Below are positions 7,871 through 16,199 of a stretch of 24,635 nt of DNA, one piece after another. This stretch comes from a virus (Duplodnaviria; Caudoviricetes). The stretch lies in the IMG/VR virus record IMGVR_UViG_3300006120_000090, positions 1 to 24,635 of that record; one strand, written 5' to 3'. The position numbers were made by a program, and so were the translations under genes. Below the pieces are notes generated by a model. The model was not told where the DNA came from. It was given only the letters and a program-made list of their open reading frames with translations, and did no database searches. Position 1 is the first letter of the stretch. Each line of letters begins with the position of its first letter.

Positions 7871-9526
7871 TTACGCAATGTTGGTGATGGCGGCGGACCA
7901 AGCCGGAGCGCGGAAAGCCAGCGTTCCGTACTGGTACGTGCTGATGTCCCACGACATCTGAATCTGCGGCCATTCGAGGACAATCATGTCCTGTACGTTC
8001 ACCACCTGGACAGTCTCCGAGACACCGCTGTCTGGGAATGGCAGGGTCTTGGAGTGAATCAGAGCGACACCAGCGGGCATGTAGGGGTGGGGGATTACGT
8101 CCACCATCTTGCCGGTTGATTCGTTCTGAATCGCCGTGACCACGGAGCCGATAGTGATGCCGTCAGCGCCGGTCTGGTAGTTGAGGCGGTAGCCCGTGTT
8201 AGCGCCGGTAGCCTGCTGCTGAATGGCGTTAGCCAATTCCTTACGGATTGACGCGGTGGTCAGGATGTAGTCCGGGTCCGCGATGACCGAGGTGTAAAGG
8301 CTGTAGAACGCACTCTGGAATTCGTTGCCCGGGATGGACGTCGAGAGCGCCGAGTTCAGAGCGTTGGTGTATCCCGCGCTTGAGCCCGACAGGGTGCTCA
8401 CGAAACCATCGTAGCCATTTGACACGTATGAACCGTTGTCCGCGCTGGTCGAAACCGCGTTGTAGGCGGCCGAGGTGACTGACGTGAATGTGGTTGGTGA
8501 CGTGCCGTTGGTGTAGGTGGTGGTTCCCTTGTAGTACGCACCGCCCGAGACAACGTAAATGTTCGTGGCGAGAGCGCGGCTAGGGACAGTTCCCGAGATG
8601 GTCAAGGTCAAGCCCTGTCCTGCGGTCAGCGTTGGGGTCGAGGCCACCGAGACGGCCTGCGATTCGCCCAGCGAGGTGCTGAACGTCACGAGGATGCCCG
8701 AGGTAGCGCCCGCCGGGAGGCCGGAGCCGGTGATTGAGGCGGCCGCGGCGGTTGCCGTGATGCCTGATACCGACAACTGCGTAGCGGAGCCGTTGAGCAT
8801 GTTGCGCTCCTCACCGAGCATGTGCGCCCAGATGGCCGAGGTGTGGCTCAACTGACGGAGGTCGGTGTAGCCCTGACCGGCGAACTGCGCCGTCAAATCA
8901 ACCTCGTCCGAAACACCCTGATTTACGTGGCTAAGCACAATCTTGTCGGCGGCATACGAGATGCGAGCCGGGCGGTTCAGCGACAGCGAGCCGAAAGTTG
9001 CCTGCTGGCTAGTTGGGCTGAAGAACGTGTTGATGTTGGGGACTGAGCCCGAGCCCGAGTTGCTCACGCCAAGAATGCGGCGGAATTCATACGCCTGACC
9101 GATTCCACCAATACGGCTGGTCGAGTTGCGGAGGATGAACGAGCGGGGGACCAGCATCGACAGCGCGGGGTCGAGGTCATAGGGGACCAGACCAGTGACG
9201 CCGGAGGTGCTGTTGTTCAACGGGGTGGTCAGGTTCCAGCCGGAGCCGGGAGCCTTTGCGAGGTCCTGAACGCGGTCGAGCGCCGTCGAGATGTCGGCAA
9301 TCTGGTCCGGGGCCATGCCCTTGGTGACCAAGTCGCGAATCTCGCCAACGCGGTCAGCCACGGTCGTGTTCTTCACGAGGTTTTTGCCGTTGAACGAGAA
9401 CTCGCCAGCGGCGGTGCGCTTGTGGCAGAGACTCAGAGCGGACTTGAATGCCTCGAATCGGTCGAGACGTTGCTCAGCGGGGATGCCGCCAAACAGTTCG
9501 TCAATTGCGGGGGCTGTGAAAGCCAT
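7871..9526 (-). CDS. Major capsid protein (HK97 fold, with N-terminal extension and an inserted domain)
   Basis: 551 aa after the protease/scaffold gene; strong RBS ACAAGGAGAAACCATG; followed by a terminator. Capsid-like motifs LVPYDLDP, EERNMLNG, VIPHPYMPAG and YGTLAFRAPAW. Confidence 0.85.
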   Translation of the reverse strand: MAFTAPAIDELFGGIPAEQRLDRFEAFKSALSLCHKRTAAGEFSFNGKNLVKNTTVADRVGEIRDLVTKGMAPDQIADISTALDRVQDLAKAPGSGWNLTTPLNNSTSGVTGLVPYDLDPALSMLVPRSFILRNSTSRIGGIGQAYEFRRILGVSNSGSGSVPNINTFFSPTSQQATFGSLSLNRPARISYAADKIVLSHVNQGVSDEVDLTAQFAGQGYTDLRQLSHTSAIWAHMLGEERNMLNGSATQLSVSGITATAAAASITGSGLPAGATSGILVTFSTSLGESQAVSVASTPTLTAGQGLTLTISGTVPSRALATNIYVVSGGAYYKGTTTYTNGTSPTTFTSVTSAAYNAVSTSADNGSYVSNGYDGFVSTLSGSSAGYTNALNSALSTSIPGNEFQSAFYSLYTSVIADPDYILTTASIRKELANAIQQQATGANTGYRLNYQTGADGITIGSVVTAIQNESTGKMVDVIPHPYMPAGVALIHSKTLPFPDSGVSETVQVVNVQDMIVLEWPQIQMSWDISTYQYGTLAFRAPAWSAAITNIA

Positions 9527-9551
9527 GGTTTCTCCTTGTAAGGGTTGGGAA

Positions 9552-9953
9552 TTAGTTGCGGAGTAATGCCTTGGCGTCGGCTTCGAGGTCGGCCGCCTTA
9601 GTCAAATACCCAGATTTCATTGCGGGGTCGAACACCTCGGAGGCCAAACGCTTGTAATAGCCAGCCTCCGCTTGGAGCCGTTCAGCGTCGGCCGCTTTCG
9701 CGGTCTGACTCTGAGTTGCCCGGAGGTGTGGGCCTCCTGGCGTTGCCATTTCCCTTACTTCGTCAAGCGCGGCCTTTAGCAGGTCAATCTGCTCTACTGC
9801 CTTGCTCAACTCCGCCTTAGCGGTGATGGCTTCCTCAAGGCCAAGGGCCTTGACGATTTCGTTGCGGAGGTCATCCTTGACTTCCGGGGTCGCGTCATCG
9901 GCGGCGGCGGCCTTGATGAGGTCCGCGCTCACGCCTAGTCCGACATAACTCAT
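9552..9953 (-). CDS. Putative nested scaffolding protein (in-frame internal start, 133 aa)
   Basis: In-frame ATG at 9953 within the context ACAAGGAGACACCATG, one base different from the major capsid initiation context; Ala/Glu/Lys coiled-coil sequence. Confidence 0.65.
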   Translation of the reverse strand: MSYVGLGVSADLIKAAAADDATPEVKDDLRNEIVKALGLEEAITAKAELSKAVEQIDLLKAALDEVREMATPGGPHLRATQSQTAKAADAERLQAEAGYYKRLASEVFDPAMKSGYLTKAADLEADAKALLRN

Positions 9954-11015
9954 GGTGTCTCCTTGTTCCTCCCAGCCTGAGAATGGCGGGGTTGTCTCGT
10001 TCTCCGAGGCTTCTGAGGTCCACCAGTCCAAGTAAAGGTCCAGCGCCGACAACAGTTGAGCCACGTCTGCGATTTCATTCTCCTCGCCTGCGACCATTTC
10101 GTCAAGTTCGGCCTTGACGAGGGCAATCAGGCCGTCTCGAACGCTGGCGAGCGCGGCGGGGTCGTGCTCCATTTTTGATACGTCACCGGATAGTTGGCTA
10201 ATCAGCGCCCTAACGGCCTCAACCCGGGGTGTCTGGGCGTCGGCGTCGGCGGCCTTATCGCCAACACGAGTGCGCGTATAAGGCATGTCTGCGTCAGTGT
10301 GGGCTTCGCCTTCAGCGGGGAACTTCCCGGAGCCGCCGCAGTACGAGCAAGGGCTGTTATCGTCAGGCATCGAGCCGAGGCCATTACATTTCGGGCAGGG
10401 CTCCGCGCTCGGATAGGCCTCATCGCCGTCCTTGGCCTGAACGATTGCGTCATGGACCTGTAATTGCGGGACCAAGTTCGCCACCTCGTCGTGGCTCTGC
10501 TGGGTGTCGGGGATGAGCGGCTGGAGGTCGATTCCCTTGGCGATTTCCAATTCACCGCCGTTGTACGCCTTCGCGATAGTCACTGTCGCGGTTGGGTTAG
10601 CGGGCCGGTCTACCAGACTGACTTCGACAATCTGGCCTCCCACGATTCGCCCATTAGGAGCATCGTCAGACTTGACTACGCGGGCCTGCTTGATGCCGAT
10701 GGAGTAGCCCTTGAGCACGCCCTTCTTGACCTTGCGGGCCGTGTTCTCGTCCACCACTTCGCCCTTGAGCATCCAGTCGGAGCCGTCCGCTGAAAGTTCG
10801 AGGCCTACGCCCGCGGCGATGCTCTGGTGCATCTCGCGCAGATTTGCCCCGGTAGCCATCCACTGCGGCATTGCTGTCTTGAGCCACTCAGGGTCGCAGA
10901 TTTGCTGGTCCAAGTCGAGGTCTGGTCCGGTGGCCTTGCCATAGACAATGAGAGAGCCATCGTCGGTGGACTTATAGGTCAAGTCCCCTAGTCCAACGTA
11001 AGTGATTTCGTCCAT
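9552..11015 (-). CDS. Prohead maturation protease fused to a Zn-finger and a scaffold domain
   Basis: HK97/caudovirus protease motifs VYGKAT, DLDLDQQI, LREMH, LKGYSIG and EVSLVDRPANP; CPKCNGLG...CSYCGGSG; acidic helical C-terminus. Confidence 0.85.
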   Translation of the reverse strand: MDEITYVGLGDLTYKSTDDGSLIVYGKATGPDLDLDQQICDPEWLKTAMPQWMATGANLREMHQSIAAGVGLELSADGSDWMLKGEVVDENTARKVKKGVLKGYSIGIKQARVVKSDDAPNGRIVGGQIVEVSLVDRPANPTATVTIAKAYNGGELEIAKGIDLQPLIPDTQQSHDEVANLVPQLQVHDAIVQAKDGDEAYPSAEPCPKCNGLGSMPDDNSPCSYCGGSGKFPAEGEAHTDADMPYTRTRVGDKAADADAQTPRVEAVRALISQLSGDVSKMEHDPAALASVRDGLIALVKAELDEMVAGEENEIADVAQLLSALDLYLDWWTSEASENETTPPFSGWEEQGDTMSYVGLGVSADLIKAAAADDATPEVKDDLRNEIVKALGLEEAITAKAELSKAVEQIDLLKAALDEVREMATPGGPHLRATQSQTAKAADAERLQAEAGYYKRLASEVFDPAMKSGYLTKAADLEADAKALLRN

Positions 11016-11031
11016 AGTGCGATTCCTGTCT

Positions 11032-13932
11032 TTACTGGGTTGCCGCTTGAGTAGAGATTACTGCGTCCACAGTACAGCGGCAATTCGGGTGAGCGGGCGG
11101 CGGCGCGAGGTCCCCGCCGATGTCGTGAGGCCCGGCGTTGTCGGAGCACTCCCGGCAGGTGCTCTCATCGTCAAAGGCCACCCACTCGTACTGGGAGATT
11201 CCAGCGGCCGCATACTGGTCCGTGGCCGCTTGGTTGTACGCGCGGTTGGTCTCCGTGGTGGCTATAACCATCGCCCGGGCCGGGTTCTGTACCAACGGTG
11301 TTATGTTGCTCGCGATTGTCCGAGACGGCAAACCTGCGGCCACTCCGTCAGAAATAGCGTTGCCCACGCGGTCGAGGGTTGTCTGGCCGATAGCGTCGGC
11401 AAGGTCCGGGAGGCCCTGAATGGTAATGCCGAGTTGCGCCAACCGGGAATCGAGCGCGCCGTTGTCGAGGAGCGCGGCGGCCTCGGGTGAGCCCGGCTCC
11501 CACGATGACCAGTCAATCCCGGCGGCGGCCTTAGCCATCTCGTATGAGAGTGACGCCCCATCCCCCAAGTCGCGTACAGCGTAGGCGGTCCCGATGTACG
11601 AGGCGTCAGAATAGACACCTCTGAGAGCATTTACGAGCGGAGTGGCGTTGAACTTCAGTTCTTGCCGAATCGTCACGTCAATCCCGGAGCCCGCCGCCTT
11701 GGAGCCCGCCGCCGTCAGGGCCGCAGAAATGGCGCTGTTGATTCCTGTGACGGACTCTGAGAGAGCCTTGTCGATTACAGGCGCGTAGTGCTTCTCGATG
11801 GCTAGTTTGTGCTGAATCCCGGGCAGGTCAGCCAGAGATGCCTTAGTAGCCAAACGGCCTTTTGGGGTATCACCGAGCGCGCGCTCAACCTCCGAAACAG
11901 CCCATTCCGTCAGGGATTCCGGCATTGTTGCGACACCCTTGGCTATGAAATACCCACGTTCGTTCAGAATGTCCCGCACATCCTCCGGGATGGCCTCGAA
12001 CTCGAACGCGCGCCACTTTCCGGTCTTGTGTCGGGCTTTGACAAACTTGGCGAAATCACGTGCTTCGGTGAGCATCGCCACTTGGTTTGGCTCTGAGACA
12101 ACCTGAGACTTCTGTGCCGTCTCAGCAGTCGGAGGGGCCTTTACCGGATTTTGCGACGGCTTGACTTCAGCGACGCCTTCTTGGCTCCCTTGGCTTTCTT
12201 TGCCCCCTTGGCCTTTTTGGGGGACGGAATCGCCACTACCGGCCCCACCCAATTGCTCGCCATTCTCCTGTCCTTTCATGCCTACTACTTCGCCGGATTC
12301 GTCCTGTTCGAGGAGCCCGGTCAAGAACTGAATTGTGTTTCCGGCCATGATAAATGGCTCGTCCGCTTCCGGAATCTCGTACAGCGGCATGTTGAGTTCG
12401 CCACGAACGTCATTTACAGTCATCTGCCCGGAGGCCAGCGACACTTGGAACGCTTGGGCTTTAGCGGCTAGTTGCGCTACATCGCCTTGGTCATCGTCGA
12501 ATGCGAACGTGAGATTCTTGTCCGCGCCAAGAAATCGGCGTGAAAGGGTGTTGATAGTTTCCACGAGGAATGACTCCAGCGGCTTCTGGCTGGTCGTGAG
12601 CGCGGCCTGCGCCTCACCTTTGCGCTCACCGGAGCCTCCGAGGCCGGAGCGCGGCACGATGCCTAGCGCGGACGGGGCCACCCCAAAGACTGTGGCTACG
12701 CGCATGATGAGAAACTCGTCATACTCATTCTTGTATCGCTCATCGACAGTTGGCGCGAACACGGGCTTGAACCCGCGCGGGAGCACCTTCATCCGGTGGC
12801 GCTCGGTGGTCGAGCCCATCAGGCGGTCGTTGAACACGCGCTCGAACGCGGCCAAGTGCGTTGGGTCCATCTCCTCCGAGTCAGTCTCAAAGAATGCTAA
12901 AGGCGTGGCCCCGTCACGATACTCTGATTTCATCCACTGCTGGCGCTCAAGGTACAAGGTCGCGGCCGGTACTGATTCCTCCACGGCTGAGAATCCGTAG
13001 GGGCTCCAAGTCCTTCTGTTCCGGACAAAGTAGGCCAACTGGTCGCGCAGAAACTCGTTGTTTTTACCAGCGTTTACAAAGAACTCGCCATCGCTATTGG
13101 GCGTGAATTGGTATTCACCGCGCGGGAATCCCCAGAGGACCTGTTGAAACGCAGGCGCGGGCGGCTCCGGGATAGCGCCGCGGTTGTCGAGGAGCACCTT
13201 GATGGTCGGTGCGTCAATAATCTCGAATCCAACAACTTCGCGGCCGAGGTTGTAGCGCGGATACACCGGAGTCCCATCAAATACAAAGTGTTGCCAGAGA
13301 AATTCAGTCATCCACTCGGTAAAGGTCCGGCCCAACTGCGGGTACGGATTCTCCCAGAACTCCCTGAGCGCGGCAATCTTGTCGCTGTAGTCCTGTCGTG
13401 CGATTCGCGAGGCCTTCGCGTGAGAGCAGTTCTGCTCGGCCATAATCGCGGTGATAGTGGCGTCCTCAATCTCGAAAGACCAGCCCATCTTGGTAATTTC
13501 GGCAATCTTGATTTCGATGGCCCGGTGAATGATGTCTATCTGGTCGGCCATAGAACGCAGGACTGTCCAAGGAGTAGCGCGCTGGTTCAGGTCGAGGTTC
13601 CAAGCAACGGGGTACTCCCAGATGCGCGGTAGCGCGCGGCCGGAGTCATCGAACACGGGGTCAAGCGGAGCCGGGAGGAATGGGGCCGCCGGGCCTAACT
13701 GCGAGCCGAATGAGGAGCCCGGGCGCGGGAGCGGGTTGGCCTGAGCGCCGGGAGTCTGAATCAGGCCTTGACCGCCGACACCGGACATCTGGGCGGGCTG
13801 GGCCGCCGTGGCCGTCGAGTAGCCGCTATTCGCCAGCGGCGTAGCAGACATGGAGTTCTGGGCCTTCACTACCTCCGCGACCAGCCGCTCCACTAAATCG
13901 TCTGTTTTGTTCTTGCGGTTGAAGATTCCCAT
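11032..13932 (-). CDS. Portal protein fused to a MuF (SPP1 gp7-like) head morphogenesis domain
   Basis: N-terminal portal motifs (YFVRNRRTWSPYGFSAVE, VFGVAPSALG, MTVNDVRGELNM), a low-complexity linker, and C-terminal MuF motifs (RAMVIATTETNRAYN, EWVAFDDESTCREC, PPAHPNCRC) in one 966 aa ORF after terL. Confidence 0.85.
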   Translation of the reverse strand: MGIFNRKNKTDDLVERLVAEVVKAQNSMSATPLANSGYSTATAAQPAQMSGVGGQGLIQTPGAQANPLPRPGSSFGSQLGPAAPFLPAPLDPVFDDSGRALPRIWEYPVAWNLDLNQRATPWTVLRSMADQIDIIHRAIEIKIAEITKMGWSFEIEDATITAIMAEQNCSHAKASRIARQDYSDKIAALREFWENPYPQLGRTFTEWMTEFLWQHFVFDGTPVYPRYNLGREVVGFEIIDAPTIKVLLDNRGAIPEPPAPAFQQVLWGFPRGEYQFTPNSDGEFFVNAGKNNEFLRDQLAYFVRNRRTWSPYGFSAVEESVPAATLYLERQQWMKSEYRDGATPLAFFETDSEEMDPTHLAAFERVFNDRLMGSTTERHRMKVLPRGFKPVFAPTVDERYKNEYDEFLIMRVATVFGVAPSALGIVPRSGLGGSGERKGEAQAALTTSQKPLESFLVETINTLSRRFLGADKNLTFAFDDDQGDVAQLAAKAQAFQVSLASGQMTVNDVRGELNMPLYEIPEADEPFIMAGNTIQFLTGLLEQDESGEVVGMKGQENGEQLGGAGSGDSVPQKGQGGKESQGSQEGVAEVKPSQNPVKAPPTAETAQKSQVVSEPNQVAMLTEARDFAKFVKARHKTGKWRAFEFEAIPEDVRDILNERGYFIAKGVATMPESLTEWAVSEVERALGDTPKGRLATKASLADLPGIQHKLAIEKHYAPVIDKALSESVTGINSAISAALTAAGSKAAGSGIDVTIRQELKFNATPLVNALRGVYSDASYIGTAYAVRDLGDGASLSYEMAKAAAGIDWSSWEPGSPEAAALLDNGALDSRLAQLGITIQGLPDLADAIGQTTLDRVGNAISDGVAAGLPSRTIASNITPLVQNPARAMVIATTETNRAYNQAATDQYAAAGISQYEWVAFDDESTCRECSDNAGPHDIGGDLAPPPAHPNCRCTVDAVISTQAATQ

Positions 13933-13955
13933 TACGCTCCCGATTCAGCCTTGCC

Positions 13956-15323
13956 TCATGTTAGTGCGGTCCCACAACCCGAGCAACGAGACTCCCCAAC
14001 GGCGTTGGGTAAATCGCAGGACGGACAGCGCGGCGCGATGGAGGCAAAGAATCTGTCCGCGCCACCCTCGGAGCCGATGTTGAGTGACGTGAGGCCATGA
14101 ACGAGTGCGTCAAGCCGGTCCGGGCTGAAATCCGATTCGCCAGCAACCCAAGTGGTCATCTGGTTCTCCAACTCCGGGAACGGCCCGTGGTGCGAGATTC
14201 GGCCTTGCTCGTACAGGGCCGAAATTGGCTCTGCGCGGAGCAATTTGCCGCGCTTGGCCACTACGCCGCGATAGGGGATGCTTGGCCGTATCTGGCGGAT
14301 AATTGTCTCAATCATGTCTCCGCCCATGTTTGTCTCGCCCACGATTCGGTTGGCCTGAAACTCGTCATAGGCGTCGATGGCCCGGCGCGCCCAGCCTGCC
14401 GGGGACAGGCGGCACGTGCGGTCCGCGAGGACGTAGCCGCGGCCGTCCATCCCGCGCCCAACCACGACAATGCCCGTTTCGTCGGAATCCTCGTTGCTTG
14501 TAGCCGCTGGGTCGATAGCCACGACGATGCGAGTCATCTCTGGGAGTTTCTGGACCCGGGCGTCCTCAACCATTTTGAGCGTCCAAAGGGCTCCGGGTAC
14601 GTCATCGAGAATCTCACCGGCCAATTCCTGACGGCCTAATCGTGTCCCTTCATAGCGATTCCGGAGTTGCTCCAGCGCGGCCGGGGCAAGGTTGGCGGCG
14701 TTATCAAACGTTGAGCCCCGGACCACTTTCACCTTCCCGGTTTCTGAGTCGGCCACTAAGTCCTTGATAATCTTGGTCGGTCGTGGCGTCGTGGTGATAA
14801 TCGTCCGCGGCCGCGTACCAAGACGCAACGTGAATTGGAGTTGGTCGTATGTCTCCGGGTATCGCCACGCGGCCAACTCGTCGCACCAAGCGCCGTGAAA
14901 CTGTGGGCCTCGCAAGCGGTCGGGCTCGTCCGCGGAGAACAATTTGATAAGTGACCCGTTGCTGAGCCGCATCTCACCCATCGAGCGGTTGAAATGCTTG
15001 AGAACTCCATAACGCCGCAGGATGGCCACCAGTCCTGACTCACCCTCGGCGCACGTGTCGCGGGCGTCTCCAAACGTGGCCGCGACAACGGCCCAACGTG
15101 TTCCGGGCTTCGTGATGGCCTCCCAAGCCACCCACTCGGCGGCGGTGCGGGTCTTACCGGCTCCGCGGCCCGCTAGGTACAGCCAGACCAGCCATTCGTC
15201 CTCGTCAGTCGGCAGTTGCTCCGGGCGCGCCTTCTTGTCCGTCCAATACAACCGGCTGGCCGCTATCTGCTTCAAGGAGGAGTCTGAGCCGCTGGACTTC
15301 CCCTTCGATTGTTCCTGCGTCAT
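13956..15323 (-). CDS. terL: Terminase large subunit
   Basis: Walker A GRGAGKT, LRGPQF, Walker B AWCDE, TTTP, and RNase H-like nuclease motifs VAIDPA and SPDRLDAL. Start is ATG 15323 or GTG 15332, inside terS. Confidence 0.95.
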   Translation of the reverse strand: MTQEQSKGKSSGSDSSLKQIAASRLYWTDKKARPEQLPTDEDEWLVWLYLAGRGAGKTRTAAEWVAWEAITKPGTRWAVVAATFGDARDTCAEGESGLVAILRRYGVLKHFNRSMGEMRLSNGSLIKLFSADEPDRLRGPQFHGAWCDELAAWRYPETYDQLQFTLRLGTRPRTIITTTPRPTKIIKDLVADSETGKVKVVRGSTFDNAANLAPAALEQLRNRYEGTRLGRQELAGEILDDVPGALWTLKMVEDARVQKLPEMTRIVVAIDPAATSNEDSDETGIVVVGRGMDGRGYVLADRTCRLSPAGWARRAIDAYDEFQANRIVGETNMGGDMIETIIRQIRPSIPYRGVVAKRGKLLRAEPISALYEQGRISHHGPFPELENQMTTWVAGESDFSPDRLDALVHGLTSLNIGSEGGADRFFASIAPRCPSCDLPNAVGESRCSGCGTALT

Positions 15324-15675
15324 AAACGACACTCTCCATCTGGACTTTAGTGGGCTGATACAGGCCTAAATACTTGGCGCGATGCTCCATAATCTTGAGC
15401 ACCCGGTCGGCCGCCTTCCCATCTCCGCCAAGCGCCTTCGGCCAATAGGCCCGCTGGAGCCGGTCGAGCCGGTCCAATTCCATCTCCCGCACTTCATCGG
15501 CTCCGGCTTCGAGCAGAGCCCGCTTGAGCGCGCGGTTATAGGCCAGATAAGCGCCCTGAGCCGTGGCGTAGCCAATAGCCTGAGCGATTTCGTCATAGGT
15601 CGCACCGGCGCGCCGGAGTTCGAGCGCCTGACGCTCCTTGTCTGCTACTTCGGGGCTTGGATTTCTATTGCTCAT
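15205..15675 (-). CDS. terS: Terminase small subunit (HTH)
   Basis: ALELRRAGATYDEIAQAIGY helix-turn-helix, ELDRLDRLQ and RAKYLGL motifs; immediately upstream of terL. Confidence 0.85.
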   Translation of the reverse strand: MSNRNPSPEVADKERQALELRRAGATYDEIAQAIGYATAQGAYLAYNRALKRALLEAGADEVREMELDRLDRLQRAYWPKALGGDGKAADRVLKIMEHRAKYLGLYQPTKVQMESVVYDAGTIEGEVQRLRLLLEADSGQPVVLDGQEGAPGATAD

Positions 15676-16199
15676 GTATCTAGTAGTTCTCGCACCTGAT
15701 AGACCAGCGCGTCCAGCGGATTTGCCATGTTTAGCCTCACTTTAGCACCGGGCCATTTCTCCCATAAGTTCTGGACCTTCGTGCGGCGGCCCTTCAGCCA
15801 ATTTGCGTTCTGCTCAGTCCCGCGGGCGGCCCGGCGTTCATCGAGGAGCGCCCGCGAGGCGTGGCACAGAACTAGCGTGACTTCTCGCGTGGCCCGCGCT
15901 TGCTCTAAGAACTTGAAGGTGGCGAGCCTGTCTCCTTCTCCGATTATGACCTCAACGTCACTAGAGACAACGTAGGCCACCGCTAACGGCAGGACAGACA
16001 TAGACAACCTATCTGTACCCGGGAATAGCGGGTCATCGTCACCTAACTGGACCAAGCGCACCTTGTCCTCGTTGGGTTTTCGGTAGAGCAGGTGGGCGAA
16101 CGGCTTGCGCTCGCTGGTCGAATCGTACAATTTGAGCGCGTGGCGTATCAACGTTGATTTCCCGGCTCCGGGCTCACCGATGAAATAGACAAGTTTCAC
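15672..16199 (-). CDS. P-loop nucleotide kinase, putative 5-hydroxymethyluracil-DNA kinase
   Basis: GEPGAGKST Walker A, GTDRLSMSV, EGDRL and RRAARG..Q..WLKGRRTKV match P-loop kinases of phage thymine-modification clusters. Adjacent to the transferase and TET/JBP genes. Confidence 0.75.
   Translation of the reverse strand: MKLVYFIGEPGAGKSTLIRHALKLYDSTSERKPFAHLLYRKPNEDKVRLVQLGDDDPLFPGTDRLSMSVLPLAVAYVVSSDVEVIIGEGDRLATFKFLEQARATREVTLVLCHASRALLDERRAARGTEQNANWLKGRRTKVQNLWEKWPGAKVRLNMANPLDALVYQVRELLDT

Noticed and set aside
12335-13632. Plus-strand ORFs of 221 and 174 aa, and similar ones across the window
   Set aside because: They lie entirely antisense to well-supported genes (portal, terL, capsid, tape measure) and have Ser/Arg/Pro-rich, non-protein-like composition.
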